From: an uncultured Bacteroidales bacterium
GTDB taxonomy: Bacteria; Bacteroidota; Bacteroidia; Bacteroidales; UBA7960
Assembly (NCBI GenBank): GCA_964387795.1
Contig: CAYLYP010000009.1
Span: 998 to 64,997 of the forward strand
Length of the DNA: 64,000 nt
Direction: 5' to 3'
Below, in pieces: positions 1 through 9,177 of this stretch. The notes below the pieces were generated by a model, which was not told the DNA's origin, searched no databases, and was given only the letters and a program-made list of their open reading frames with translations. Made by a program: the position numbers and the translations under genes. Within the stretch, counting starts at the first letter, position 1, and each line of letters starts with the position of its first letter.

Positions 1-451
1 CATGTAGCAAGATATGCAATAATTGATATGCCCTGATTTGATTTTCTTCGAAAAAGCAAACAACGCCATCTTTTTTTATTTCATACTTAATGTCTAATCT
101 GTCAAATAAATCTTTGTGATTATTGAAGTAATCCATATTTAAAGAACATGTCTTTTTTTTATCCCATGCACAAATCCCTATTACCCCATTATTATACCAA
201 CCATCCGGGCCTCCTCCTTCAGCCAATAAAATCGCATCAAATTCATCTTCTATTTCTTCCCAATGAGGGAGTATTTCAAGAAAATCTATTATATCACGCT
301 TTTCAAGAAAATGTTTATATCCTTTCCCTGGACTTTCAATGTCTATTTGAAGGACATCTTGTCTTGTATTCCAGTAATTTGGTGTTAATTTATGTCGATT
401 CTTTTTCTGAACGCGACCATCTTTAACTTTCGGTGTCGTTTTTCTATTCAT
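1..451 (-). CDS. hypothetical protein, 3' end cut by window edge
   Basis: Absent from the ORF track because it runs off the edge. Reverse complement from ATG (451..449) reads MNRKTTPKVKDGRVQKKNRHKLTPNYWNTRQDVLQIDIESPGKGYKHFLEKRDIIDFLEILPHWEE... and stays open to position 1. The opposite-strand ORF 148..426 is shorter and low-complexity. Confidence 0.5.
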   Translation of the reverse strand, partial: MNRKTTPKVKDGRVQKKNRHKLTPNYWNTRQDVLQIDIESPGKGYKHFLEKRDIIDFLEILPHWEEIEDEFDAILLAEGGGPDGWYNNGVIGICAWDKKKTCSLNMDYFNNHKDLFDRLDIKYEIKKDGVVCFFEENQIRAYQLLHILLH

Positions 452-464
452 TTAATTTGTTTTT

Positions 465-737
465 CTACTCTTTATTTTCTATCAATTGTTTCAATTCTTC
501 TTTACTTGGCAAAATAGTCTGGTATTTGCTTGCGAATATTTGATGGTTTTCTTTTGGTAATGTAATTCTAACCAATGTTTCATTTTTTTGCTTGCAAAGC
601 ACTATTCCGATTGTTAGGTTTTCTTCTTTAGTCTTTTTGAATTCATCAAAAATCCGCATCACTGATGCGGATTTTTCGTTTTTCTTAATTCTGTTATTTG
701 CAGGTGCAAAATACAGTGTCATGCCGGTTCCAAACAA
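465..737 (-). pseudogene. C-terminal remnant of a DUF1016/YhcG-type PD-(D/E)XK nuclease
   Basis: Only the last ~51 aa (nt 468..620: NLTIGIVLCKQKNETLVRITLPKENHQIFASKYQTILPSKEELKQLIENKE) resemble the conserved C-terminus of DUF1016 proteins. The N-terminal part of the ORF reads through a terminator-like hairpin (648..676) and has no family resemblance. Confidence 0.45.
648..676. terminator. hairpin with a 13-bp perfect stem, flanked by an A-run and a T-run (bidirectional terminator-like)
   Basis: AAAAATCCGCATC-ACT-GATGCGGATTTTT. It lies downstream of the minus-strand ORF 792..986. Confidence 0.5.
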
Positions 738-791
738 GGCTCTTTTATTACCGACCGGTATTTTGTTTTCCTTTCATGAAAACTGCTTTCA

Positions 792-986
792 TTATTCAAT
801 CACTTTCCAACATCCGGTTTTATCGCTTCCAACACGTTTTATAACACCCTTCACTTTCAGTTCTTTTATTTTTCTTTTAACTGTACTCAAACTAATCTTT
901 AAACGTTCGCTGATTTCCATCGCTGTAATGTTGTTGTTTTGCTTTATCAAAAAAAATACAGTGTCATTTACAGTGTCATTTTGCAA
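792..986 (-). CDS. small winged-helix DNA-binding protein, probably a detached C-terminal HTH module of AlbA_2/RecG-like ATP-binding regulators
   Basis: NITAMEISERLKISLSTVKRKIKELKVKGVIKRVGSDKTGCWKVIE matches the C-terminal wHTH pattern (...SxRTIKRxIKELKxxGxIxRxGSDKTGxWxVI) common in Bacteroidota. The upstream ATPase/AlbA part is missing. Confidence 0.5.
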   Translation of the reverse strand: MQNDTVNDTVFFLIKQNNNITAMEISERLKISLSTVKRKIKELKVKGVIKRVGSDKTGCWKVIE

Positions 987-999
987 TTTTACAGTGTCA
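958..999. repeat. three copies of ACAGTGTCA (958..966, 970..978, 991..999); a fourth copy at 713..721
   Basis: Read directly from the sequence. On the minus strand two copies encode the DTVNDTV start of ORF 792..986. Confidence 0.8.
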
Positions 1000-1261
1000 G
1001 CAAATTGTACGTGAATTTGAGTTTATCCCCCAATCCAATATAAGAACATCTTTTCTTTAACCAGGTTTTTTATCAAGCCTTATTTTCCTGATAAAACAAA
1101 TTTACCGATTATCAAAAGAATTAAATTTATTTTAAGGCATTTGTTCATTGAAAAATTTAACAATACAATGATTTCCGGCTAAAAGGCAAATTATCGTTAA
1201 AACCAACAATGCCATTTCTGTTTTTCATATTCCCCATTTTCAAACCATTATAATAGGGGCA

Positions 1262-1299
1262 GAGACGTAGAGACGTAGCATGCTACGTCTCTACGTCTC
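1262..1299. repeat. 38-bp perfect palindrome (19-bp arms) built from tandem GAGACGTA units
   Basis: GAGACGTAGAGACGTAGCA|TGCTACGTCTCTACGTCTC, paired base by base. It is the only copy in the window. Confidence 0.95.
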
Positions 1300-1442
1300 C
1301 AATATCCACATGGACGATACTGAACCTGATAAGACCTTGGTATATCCTTGGTAATACCGTGACCTATCCATGATGTTGAAAACCAGACTGTTAAGTGATT
1401 TTTATTAACTTATGATAACATAAAATTAACAAATATTCACAT
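1296..1442. repeat. inverted-repeat copy 1 (perfect 65-bp core 1310..1374), partner at 45637..45783
   Basis: The reverse complement of 1310..1374 is identical to 45705..45769. The flanks align without gaps, with about 41 of 60 positions identical on one side and 3 mismatches in 13 on the other. Confidence 0.9.
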
Positions 1443-1916
1443 AGTGTTGGTTGTAAGTGATAGAATATTAGCCATATAGACAAAATGCAATATGTTAATA
1501 AATGTAAAACGATTTTTGTTTTGTCCATCGTCATATCAATCATCCTTCACTTTTAACTTTGGAAGGCTTAATGGTTTTTTCGGGACAATCAATTGTCAAT
1601 CCGGATGGCTTTTTGATGATGTTATTATTAGATTTTTGCATGGGGCAATAAAGATACTTTACATGCTGCCTGGGGTAATAAGGGGTGTTGAAAGCAATTC
1701 ATGATTTATCTGGCAAAGCTATAAAACAGTATAAGGCAACACAAATTCCGGGCACTGTTCTTTAATGGTATGAATATGAATGTTTTTAATGGGCTGAATT
1801 ACATCACTGCTGGTTGAAAATAATCCTTAGTAAAGTTTTTGCTTATAAAAGGGATTTTTTGTGCTGATTTTTTACTTGCTTCAGTTATCTTTATGGGGAT
1901 AAAAGTCGCTTTTGAA

Positions 1917-2849
1917 ATGATTAATTACTTCTCTCTAAAAGATAATAAAGTTGTTCAGGAAAAAGGGAAGGACTTCCCTAAGAGCAAGATTATCTGGGTT
2001 GATTTGTTTTGTGCTACGGAGGATGAAAAAAGACATGTTGAAAAGGTTTTCAATATTGACTTGTTTACACGCCAGGAAAGCGAAGAGATTGAAACAAGTT
2101 CCAAATATATCGAAACGGCTGATGAGATTGGTATTAACCTGAATTTTATCAGGGCGGAGTATGGGAACTTTAAAAGCGATCCTGTTTCCTTTATCATCAA
2201 AAACAAAATCCTTGTTACACAAAGGGAACATGATTTCAGGACTTTTGATGATGTTTACAGAAAGCTGAAGCTTAACCATATTTTTGATGGCGATGATATT
2301 TATCTTCAATTGCTTGATGTGCGGATTGATTATGATGCCGACCTTATTGAGTCGGTTACTGAAAGGATATCTGAAATCAGTCGTGAATTAAATACCGATA
2401 AACAGGTTGACAAAGCCCTTTTGTTAAAGATTACCTCTCTTCAGGAATCCACAATCCTGATACGTGAAAACATTGTTGAAAAACAACGTGTTATTTCCTC
2501 AATGCTCAAGAGCAAAATCTTTCCAAAAGAGGATTATGAAACCATGCGTATCATGCTCAACGACGTTAGTTCGTTGCTCGAGCATTCAGGTTTTAATTTC
2601 GAACGGCTCGAATTTCTTCAGGATACCTTTCTTGGCCTTGTTAACATGGAACAAAACAGGGTCATCAAATTATTCACCGTGTTAACGGTAATCTTTATGC
2701 CCCCAACCCTTATTGCTGGTATTTATGGGATGAATTTTAAATATATGCCGGAGCTTGACTGGAAAATTGGATATCCCATAGCAGGTTTGATGATGCTCCT
2801 CTCTTCTGTGCTAACTTTATTGTTTTTTAGAATGAAAAAATGGCTGTAA
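1917..2849 (+). CDS. corA: CorA-family Mg2+/Co2+ transporter
   Basis: C-terminal YGMNF (GMN motif) followed by two TM helices. The ORF-track frame opens at a TTG (1839). In-frame ATGs at 1893 and 1917 are more likely starts. Confidence 0.85.
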   Translation: MINYFSLKDNKVVQEKGKDFPKSKIIWVDLFCATEDEKRHVEKVFNIDLFTRQESEEIETSSKYIETADEIGINLNFIRAEYGNFKSDPVSFIIKNKILVTQREHDFRTFDDVYRKLKLNHIFDGDDIYLQLLDVRIDYDADLIESVTERISEISRELNTDKQVDKALLLKITSLQESTILIRENIVEKQRVISSMLKSKIFPKEDYETMRIMLNDVSSLLEHSGFNFERLEFLQDTFLGLVNMEQNRVIKLFTVLTVIFMPPTLIAGIYGMNFKYMPELDWKIGYPIAGLMMLLSSVLTLLFFRMKKWL

Positions 2850-3081
2850 AATGCTGTCTTGATATTTTTCAATCCCGCCCAAATGATTATTTTGGCTTTG
2901 TGTTATTAATATTGGCGTTTTAAGGGGTTTCTGATATTTTTCATCTACATTTATTTTTTAATGGGTTTATTGCTATATTTGATGTAAGGCTTGAGTTGTC
3001 CTGTCGGAAAGGTTTTCTCAAAGTCTTATTTATGGGATTTTCTTTTTTTTCTGAGTATAGGTTAAAAATGGGAGATGGATT

Positions 3082-3714
3082 ATGTCAATACTTGATAAAC
3101 TTGCCTCTGTGCAGGGGCTTAAAGGATCGGAAGCCAATATTTCGCTTGCCAAAGAGCTATCAGCATCGAAGGATGAGGGTGCAATCAAAATGCTTGTTGA
3201 CAATTTAAAAAACAAGGATAAGAATATCCAGAGTGATTGCATTAAAACGCTGTATGAGCTGGGTTATCAAAAACCTGATTTGATAGCCCCCTATTATGCT
3301 GATTTTTTAAACCTTCTTGGAAACAGGAACAACCGCCTTGTTTGGGGCTCGATGATTGCCCTGGCTTGTATTGCTGACATCAGGCATGTTGAGCTGTTTG
3401 GGTCATTAAATCAAATTATGGAATGCATCAAAAAGGGATCTGTAATTACCAATGATGCAGGGGTTGAAATCCTTTCAAAGCTTAATGTGCATTCAAAGTA
3501 TCAAAACATAACAGACCCACTGCTTATTGATTTGCTTTGGAAATGCCCTGCAAAGCAATTGCCAATGTATATTGAAAAATCTATCAAGTCTGTTCATCCG
3601 GGAAATAAAGAAATTTATATTTCGCTAATCGGACAACGCAGGGCTGAATGTGAAAATGAATCACAGCAAAAGAGGCTCGATAAGGCGCTTAAAGCCCTTG
3701 AAAAAATCAGTTAA
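3082..3714 (+). CDS. hypothetical helical-repeat (HEAT/ARM-like) protein
   Basis: 210-aa ORF with an ATG start and an alpha-helical repeat character (…IKMLVDNLKNKDKNIQSDCIKTLYELG…). No confident family. Confidence 0.6.
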   Translation: MSILDKLASVQGLKGSEANISLAKELSASKDEGAIKMLVDNLKNKDKNIQSDCIKTLYELGYQKPDLIAPYYADFLNLLGNRNNRLVWGSMIALACIADIRHVELFGSLNQIMECIKKGSVITNDAGVEILSKLNVHSKYQNITDPLLIDLLWKCPAKQLPMYIEKSIKSVHPGNKEIYISLIGQRRAECENESQQKRLDKALKALEKIS

Positions 3715-3803
3715 AAGAAGCAAGAGTATTGTATAACACCAGGATATGGCCTGGCTTAGAAAAACTACTTTCATTGAAACCCTAAAAAAAAACAATAACA
3801 GCC

Positions 3804-4337
3804 ATGACATTCATTGAATTGATAAACAAGAGGCAAAGCAACCGGAAATACAAAGAGCAGGCTGTTGAAAGGGAATTGGTTGTTAAATGTATTGAAGCAG
3901 CGCGACTTGCCCCATCTGCCTGTAATGCACAGGCCTGGAAATTTGTTGTTGTTGATCAGGCGGATCTTTGCATGCAGCTTGCAGAGGCTTCAACAGGATT
4001 GGGGATGAACAGGTTTGTTGCCCAGGCCCCTGTAATCATTGCTGTTGTTATTGAACGGGCAAACATCACATCTTCCATTGGCTCATTGATAAAAAGCAAG
4101 GATTATACCCAGATTGATATAGGGATTGCAGTGGAGCATATTTGCCTTCAGGCTGTTGAGCTTGGCCTTGGAAGTTGCATACTGGGCTGGTTTGATGAGC
4201 CAAAAGTGAAAAAACTCCTTAAGATACCTTCTTCCAAAAGGGTTCTCCTGCTCATCACCCTGGGTTATCCCAACGATACCCAGCGCAATAAAGTAAGGAA
4301 GGATTTTGATGAAATCTGTTCTTTTAATTCCTATTGA
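3804..4337 (+). CDS. nitroreductase family protein
   Basis: N-terminal RQSNRKY…ARLAPSACNAQAWKFVVV, the typical nitroreductase FMN-binding signature. Confidence 0.85.
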   Translation: MTFIELINKRQSNRKYKEQAVERELVVKCIEAARLAPSACNAQAWKFVVVDQADLCMQLAEASTGLGMNRFVAQAPVIIAVVIERANITSSIGSLIKSKDYTQIDIGIAVEHICLQAVELGLGSCILGWFDEPKVKKLLKIPSSKRVLLLITLGYPNDTQRNKVRKDFDEICSFNSY

Positions 4338-4384
4338 CAAACAGATAAAAAAGGGCATTTTTTTCACTGGATTTCTGTTTGTCA
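4335..4384 (+). terminator. 11-bp perfect inverted repeat overlapping the stop codon
   Basis: TGACAAACAGA (4335..4345) pairs with TCTGTTTGTCA (4374..4384). The loop is 28 nt and there is no clear U-tract. Confidence 0.35.
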
Positions 4385-4607
4385 GAAAGTACCAGGTTTT
4401 TTTCAGATAGTAATTTTATTCAAATAAGGCGTAAAGACTTTTTGCAAAATAGATATTTGTCATGATGTTAAGATATTAAACCAAAGACCTGATTGTTTAA
4501 ACAGGGCTTACGGAATGTATAATAAAACAGTAAAAACTTGTTTTCATACTTTGGCAGGCTTTTTTAAAAGAATAGATTAATTTTATGGTTTCAAAAAACC
4601 ACAATCC

Positions 4608-4793
4608 ATGAAAAGGTATTATGTGCTGCTGATAGCCGGATTAATTGCATTGTCAGTCATTTTCCTGTCAAAAAACCTTCATCTTTATGAGTTGAATGAT
4701 TTTATGCGGGGTTTCCTTACAGGCATTGCCCTTGTTTTTTTTGGGTCAGGTATTGTTGATGTTTCCCGGCATTTATTTTGTAAAAAGAAATAA
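4608..4793 (+). CDS. small two-TM membrane protein
   Basis: 61-aa ORF with two hydrophobic segments, just upstream of the kinase gene. Confidence 0.5.
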   Translation: MKRYYVLLIAGLIALSVIFLSKNLHLYELNDFMRGFLTGIALVFFGSGIVDVSRHLFCKKK

Positions 4794-4908
4794 TTCCAAT
4801 CAGCACATCGGTCAGCTTTTTACACTCATTGTTTTTTAGTTGAATTGAGAAGGAAAAAGGCTGTTGGTCAACACTTCCCCCTTGACATATTTGAAATAAA
4901 CGAAAAAG

Positions 4909-6420
4909 ATGAAGAAACGTTTTTTTAATTTCAGGATGTTGTTATGGTTGATGCTTGTGATTGCATTGATTATGGGAGGAGGTTATCTTGTGATTGCGTA
5001 TTCCTATAATTTGCAAAAAGAAACAGAAGGCCGTATAGACGCAGTAAGGCATAGTGTGAATGTAGCCAAGGAGATGGAAGTTGAACTGGTAAGGCTTCGG
5101 GGCTTTACCTTTACGTATCTGGTTGACAAATCGCCCCAGTGGCTGGATTCGATCAAAGCCCGTGAAATACGGTTTATCATATTGCTTGAAAGGGCCAGGA
5201 TGAGTGCCGGGACGCCTGAAGAAATGTCGCTTATACAACAGATATCGGGATTGTTTGCAAACTACGAGCAAAGCATGATCCAGGCATCAAAAAAACTTAA
5301 GCATTATCAGGTTAGCCAGGCCAATGCACTCATCGTTTATGCTGCACGGGATTTGTTGGGCACTATCCATGACAAGAGCAGGGACTTCATAGCTTTTAAC
5401 ATCAAGGCCGAAGAGAGTTATGAGTTGGATATAGCCAAGGCAAACAAAATTATTTTAAGGACAATGATTTCGTTGGGTTTTGGGGGTATCCTGGCCGGTT
5501 TGATCATGGGATGGATTGTCTCGCGCCTTGTGTTAAACCCGATTAACCAGTTGATATTGCAAGTGAGGGGCGCATCAGGTGGCACGCTTTTAGAAAAACT
5601 TGAAGTGCCAGATCAGGGCGATCTTGAGGAGCTGGGCGACAGGATTAAATCGATGATCAATAAGATGAATGTTACCCAACAGGCTTTGGAAAAAAACAAA
5701 GAGCTTTTGCAATATTCCAATAAATATGCTGTTTTGGGCAAGGTGGCACCAACAGTGGCACATGAAATCCGAAACCCTCTTGCTGCCATCAAGATGCTTA
5801 TCTATTCAATGAAAGAGCAAAATGATATTCCTGAGTCTATAAGGCCCGACCTGAATATTATCTCAAGCGAGATAGACCGGATGGAAGGATTTATAAGGAA
5901 TTTTTTAAAGTTCTCACGCCAGGCAGACCCTGTCCTTGTTAATATAAACCCCGTTGATGTTCTTCAGGAGGTATTACAATTGCTGATGCCCCGGATTAAA
6001 AAGAACGAGATTGCCCTATATAACCGCACTATTGGTTCGACACAGCTTGTGGCCGCTGATCCGGGACAGCTCAAACAATTGTTTATGAACCTGATCATTA
6101 ACGCCCTTGAAGTAATTCCCCAGGGTGGTTCTTTGATTTTTGATACTGCGCTCCATGAAGCCCATGTGGGCAAAGAGAACCACAAAGCAACCACCTTCCT
6201 CATGATTCGTATTGAAGATTCCGGCCCGGGCATCCCTGAAAAGGTAATGAAGCATCTTTTTGAACCGTTTATAAAAGGGAGCGACCAGGGAGTGGGCCTT
6301 GGTTTGTCAATTTCACAGAATATTGCCAATATGCATAATGGATGGATCGAAGCATTGAACAAACCCCAAGGCTCAGGGGCCGTATTTAAAGTGTTTATCC
6401 CGGTGGCAGAAAATATTTAA
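4909..6420 (+). CDS. sensor histidine kinase (TM-HAMP-HisKA-HATPase)
   Basis: H-box VAHEIRNPLAAI, N/G boxes (NLIINALEV, DSGPGIP, GVGLGLS), two TM segments. Confidence 0.9.
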   Translation: MKKRFFNFRMLLWLMLVIALIMGGGYLVIAYSYNLQKETEGRIDAVRHSVNVAKEMEVELVRLRGFTFTYLVDKSPQWLDSIKAREIRFIILLERARMSAGTPEEMSLIQQISGLFANYEQSMIQASKKLKHYQVSQANALIVYAARDLLGTIHDKSRDFIAFNIKAEESYELDIAKANKIILRTMISLGFGGILAGLIMGWIVSRLVLNPINQLILQVRGASGGTLLEKLEVPDQGDLEELGDRIKSMINKMNVTQQALEKNKELLQYSNKYAVLGKVAPTVAHEIRNPLAAIKMLIYSMKEQNDIPESIRPDLNIISSEIDRMEGFIRNFLKFSRQADPVLVNINPVDVLQEVLQLLMPRIKKNEIALYNRTIGSTQLVAADPGQLKQLFMNLIINALEVIPQGGSLIFDTALHEAHVGKENHKATTFLMIRIEDSGPGIPEKVMKHLFEPFIKGSDQGVGLGLSISQNIANMHNGWIEALNKPQGSGAVFKVFIPVAENI

Positions 6421-6432
6421 ATTGTTGGTAGC

Positions 6433-7845
6433 ATGTATAAGATCCTTATTGTTGATGACGAGAACAGTGTTCGTTATTCATTTAAAAAATTGCTGGCAGC
6501 ATCAAACTATGAGATTTCTGAAGCGGCCTGCTTTGATGAAGCTATAAAGGTGTTTCCTAAGGAGAAGCCCGACCTGGCAATTGTTGACATAGAGATGCCC
6601 GGTAAAAATGGATTGGAACTTTTACAGGCTTTAAAGGAATTATCCCCATTGACACCCGTTATTGTTGCAACCGCTTATGGTTCGGGCGACAGGGTTATCA
6701 AAGCAATGAAATACGGGGCTTATGAATATATAGAGAAGCCTTTTGATATTCCCCAGCTTATCGCCCTTATTGAAGAGGCACTAAAAACAACCAGAGAGCT
6801 TGCAAAGCCTGTTGTTGTTGAACCCAAAACGGAAACCAAGGTAAGATATGCAAGCAAGGAAGATAATAAAATCATTGGCGAAAGCTCAGCAATAAAAGAG
6901 GTATATAAACTTATCGGGCGGGTTGCGGCCAGTGACGCAAGCATATTAATAACCGGTGAGAGCGGGACTGGCAAGGAATTGGTTGCAAGGGCAATACACT
7001 CCTATAGCGACCGGGCATCGAAAGCCTTTGTGGCCATTAACTGCGCGGCTATACCTGAAACCCTTCTTGAAAGCGAATTGTTTGGGTATGATAAGGGAGC
7101 TTTTACAGGGGCCAATAAAGATAAGCCCGGGAAGTTTGAAGAAGCCAATCAGGGCACTTTGTTCCTTGATGAGATAGGGGATATGGATATCGCACTTCAG
7201 GCCAAGCTCTTAAGGGTATTGCAGGAAGGAAGCCTTGAGCGTTTGGGTGGCTCTAAAACAATACACGTGGATGTAAGGATAATCACAGCATCCAACCTGA
7301 ACCTTGAAAACCTTATCAAAAAGAAAGCCTTTCGAGAGGATTTATACTACCGTATCAGGGTAGTCACCATTTCTTTGCCCCCTTTGCGCCTTCGCAAAGA
7401 TGATATCCCAATCCTGGCAAAGCACTTCATCCAGAAACATGCACATGAAGCCAGGATGGACAATATATCCATTCATCCGCTTGCAATGGAAAAAATGCTT
7501 GAATATTCATGGCCCGGGAATATCAGGGAGATGGAGAACACCATCAAACGGGCAATGATATTGGCAAAAGCCAATGTGATAACCCCGGAGTTGCTTAGCA
7601 ATGAGTTTTCACAGGAACTTCCTGAAATAGCAATCGAAAGCGGGCTTGAGCATTACCTAAGCAAAGAAATTCAGAAAAGGGAAGGGGAGATATTTGAACT
7701 TGTTACCGAAGCACTTGAAAAAGACCTGCTAAGATGGGCACTTGACACAACAGATAAAAACCAGGCGAAGGCTGCCCGCCTGTTGGGCATCTCCAGGGTG
7801 ATGCTTCATGAACGTATTGAAAAATATAAGCTTGAAAAAAAATAG
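6433..7845 (+). CDS. sigma-54-dependent response regulator, NtrC family (REC-AAA+-Fis HTH)
   Basis: REC domain (ILIVDDE…DIEMPGKNG), Walker A GESGTGKE, GAFTGA motif, C-terminal HTH QAKAARLLGISRVMLHERIEKY. Confidence 0.95.
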   Translation: MYKILIVDDENSVRYSFKKLLAASNYEISEAACFDEAIKVFPKEKPDLAIVDIEMPGKNGLELLQALKELSPLTPVIVATAYGSGDRVIKAMKYGAYEYIEKPFDIPQLIALIEEALKTTRELAKPVVVEPKTETKVRYASKEDNKIIGESSAIKEVYKLIGRVAASDASILITGESGTGKELVARAIHSYSDRASKAFVAINCAAIPETLLESELFGYDKGAFTGANKDKPGKFEEANQGTLFLDEIGDMDIALQAKLLRVLQEGSLERLGGSKTIHVDVRIITASNLNLENLIKKKAFREDLYYRIRVVTISLPPLRLRKDDIPILAKHFIQKHAHEARMDNISIHPLAMEKMLEYSWPGNIREMENTIKRAMILAKANVITPELLSNEFSQELPEIAIESGLEHYLSKEIQKREGEIFELVTEALEKDLLRWALDTTDKNQAKAARLLGISRVMLHERIEKYKLEKK

Positions 7846-7999
7846 GGGATGTTTTAAAGATATGTTGAATGGGCCATTTTTAAATAATGATCCAGATCCT
7901 TTGTTGTCTTTTTAATACAGTATTGCCTTGTCATCTCACATAGAAGGAATGTAAAATGTCTTTCTGAAGAATCTGATAAGTTATATGTAAAACAGCAAA

Positions 8000-8037
8000 C
8001 CCCAAGACCTGGTTATGAAATAAATCAGGTCTTGGGG
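8000..8037 (-). terminator. intrinsic terminator of gene 8053..9177
   Basis: 12-bp stem CCCCAAGACCTG/CAGGTCTTGGGG. On the minus strand it is followed by TTTGCTGTTTT. Confidence 0.6.
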
Positions 8038-8052
8038 TAAAGGTGAGCTAAA

Positions 8053-9177
8053 TTAAAAAGCTCTTATCGGGCGAGATCTGTGTTCGTTATTATCCTTGTA
8101 AGTATAAGTAGTCGATCCATCAACAGCACTTATTATCCATGCCATTATGTTATTGCCTGAATATTCGACGGATGTCCAGTAATACGCATTAAGAAAAGCA
8201 TCACCTCCATGTGCAAGTGCCACCTGGTTAATAATTGCTTTATTCTGGATCATAAGTATTGATTCATATTTTGAGGGTAGGAACCAATCTCCATAAGCGA
8301 TTCCATTTTGATTAAACATATAATCAAAACATAAACGGGCAGCATACATATTACCATTGTCACCAATGGAAAGATGTGCAGCAATGATTAGAGTAGTATT
8401 GTCTTTACCTGCATAAAGTCCATCGGCAATAGCACGGGTTGAACCATTAGTGCCGGCATACCATGTTGTAGGATAAAGTTCATCAATAGCGCAAACAAGG
8501 CCATGCTGCCCTGTTTCATCCACCCAAAAGACAACTCCGCCCTGTGCATAATCACCAACAGCGTATTTCTTTATTTCGCTTCTTAAAAGTGAAATAGAAT
8601 CGCCCAATGCAGCTTGTGTTGCCAGCAGGCTTAAATCCTGGTCACCTGTATTAACACCAGATAAGTTGTTAATATTAGTAATGTGTTGATTAGTAATGTT
8701 GGTAGCAGGGCTTTCAGAAAACACAGGGTCGGATTCAATAATCTCTTCAGTCAGCGCATCGGCAGTTTTAGCGTGGAAAGCGTAGGGCACACTAAGAACC
8801 TGGCTGGTTCCTGTAATTGTATAATTTGAGCTTCCATCAGGGGCAATTTCTGTTTTGATAAAATAGGTTCCTTCTGCCCAGTTAATATCTGCAAAATTGT
8901 TACTTGTTGACCCATCGCCAATTTCAATTGAAATAAGACCATTCCCATTTGTTGTTATGGTATGGGTCTCAGTGTATATTTCAGAACCGGAAGCAGAACC
9001 TAGTAAAATGCTTACCCGCATACCTATTTCAGTATTTATTATCAATTGGTTGTTGTTGTTCCTTACAACGGCCTGATAACTGATTTTTTCAGGGCTCTGT
9101 GCCCAAATGCCTGAAAAAGGAATGAGCACTGCTAGTATAAAAATGATACTTTTAATCTTGTGTGAAGCTTTTTTCAT
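8053..9177 (-). CDS. secreted protein with an N-terminal 'SYQAVxR…SVPYAxHA' module and a C-terminal DUF1566-like module
   Basis: Signal peptide from the internal ATG (9177). The N-terminal ~130 aa are paralogous to 53500..54387. The C-terminus (YAQGGVVFWVDETGQHGLVCAIDE…) resembles DUF1566. Confidence 0.75.
   Translation of the reverse strand: MKKASHKIKSIIFILAVLIPFSGIWAQSPEKISYQAVVRNNNNQLIINTEIGMRVSILLGSASGSEIYTETHTITTNGNGLISIEIGDGSTSNNFADINWAEGTYFIKTEIAPDGSSNYTITGTSQVLSVPYAFHAKTADALTEEIIESDPVFSESPATNITNQHITNINNLSGVNTGDQDLSLLATQAALGDSISLLRSEIKKYAVGDYAQGGVVFWVDETGQHGLVCAIDELYPTTWYAGTNGSTRAIADGLYAGKDNTTLIIAAHLSIGDNGNMYAARLCFDYMFNQNGIAYGDWFLPSKYESILMIQNKAIINQVALAHGGDAFLNAYYWTSVEYSGNNIMAWIISAVDGSTTYTYKDNNEHRSRPIRAF

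Noticed and set aside
148-426. 92-aa plus-strand ORF at the left edge
   Set aside because: It lies antisense to a longer open frame (451..1) that has a proper ATG and a more protein-like composition. The plus-strand translation is low-complexity (L/H/Y/F-rich).
958-999. Short tandem ACAGTGTCA repeats considered as a possible CRISPR-like array
   Set aside because: There are only three copies of 9 bp at irregular 3- and 12-bp spacing. Two copies are in-frame coding sequence (DTVNDTV), and there are no cas genes.
592-1014. 140-aa plus-strand ORF
   Set aside because: It runs antisense across two recognisable minus-strand remnants and through a terminator hairpin. Its F/L/S/I-rich composition is typical of the antisense strand of AT-rich coding DNA.
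1492-1704. 70-aa ORF in the long spacer upstream of corA; I also looked for an Mg-sensing leader there
   Set aside because: The ORF has no recognisable features and an odd composition. I could not recognise an M-box or any other riboswitch core by eye, so no call is made.
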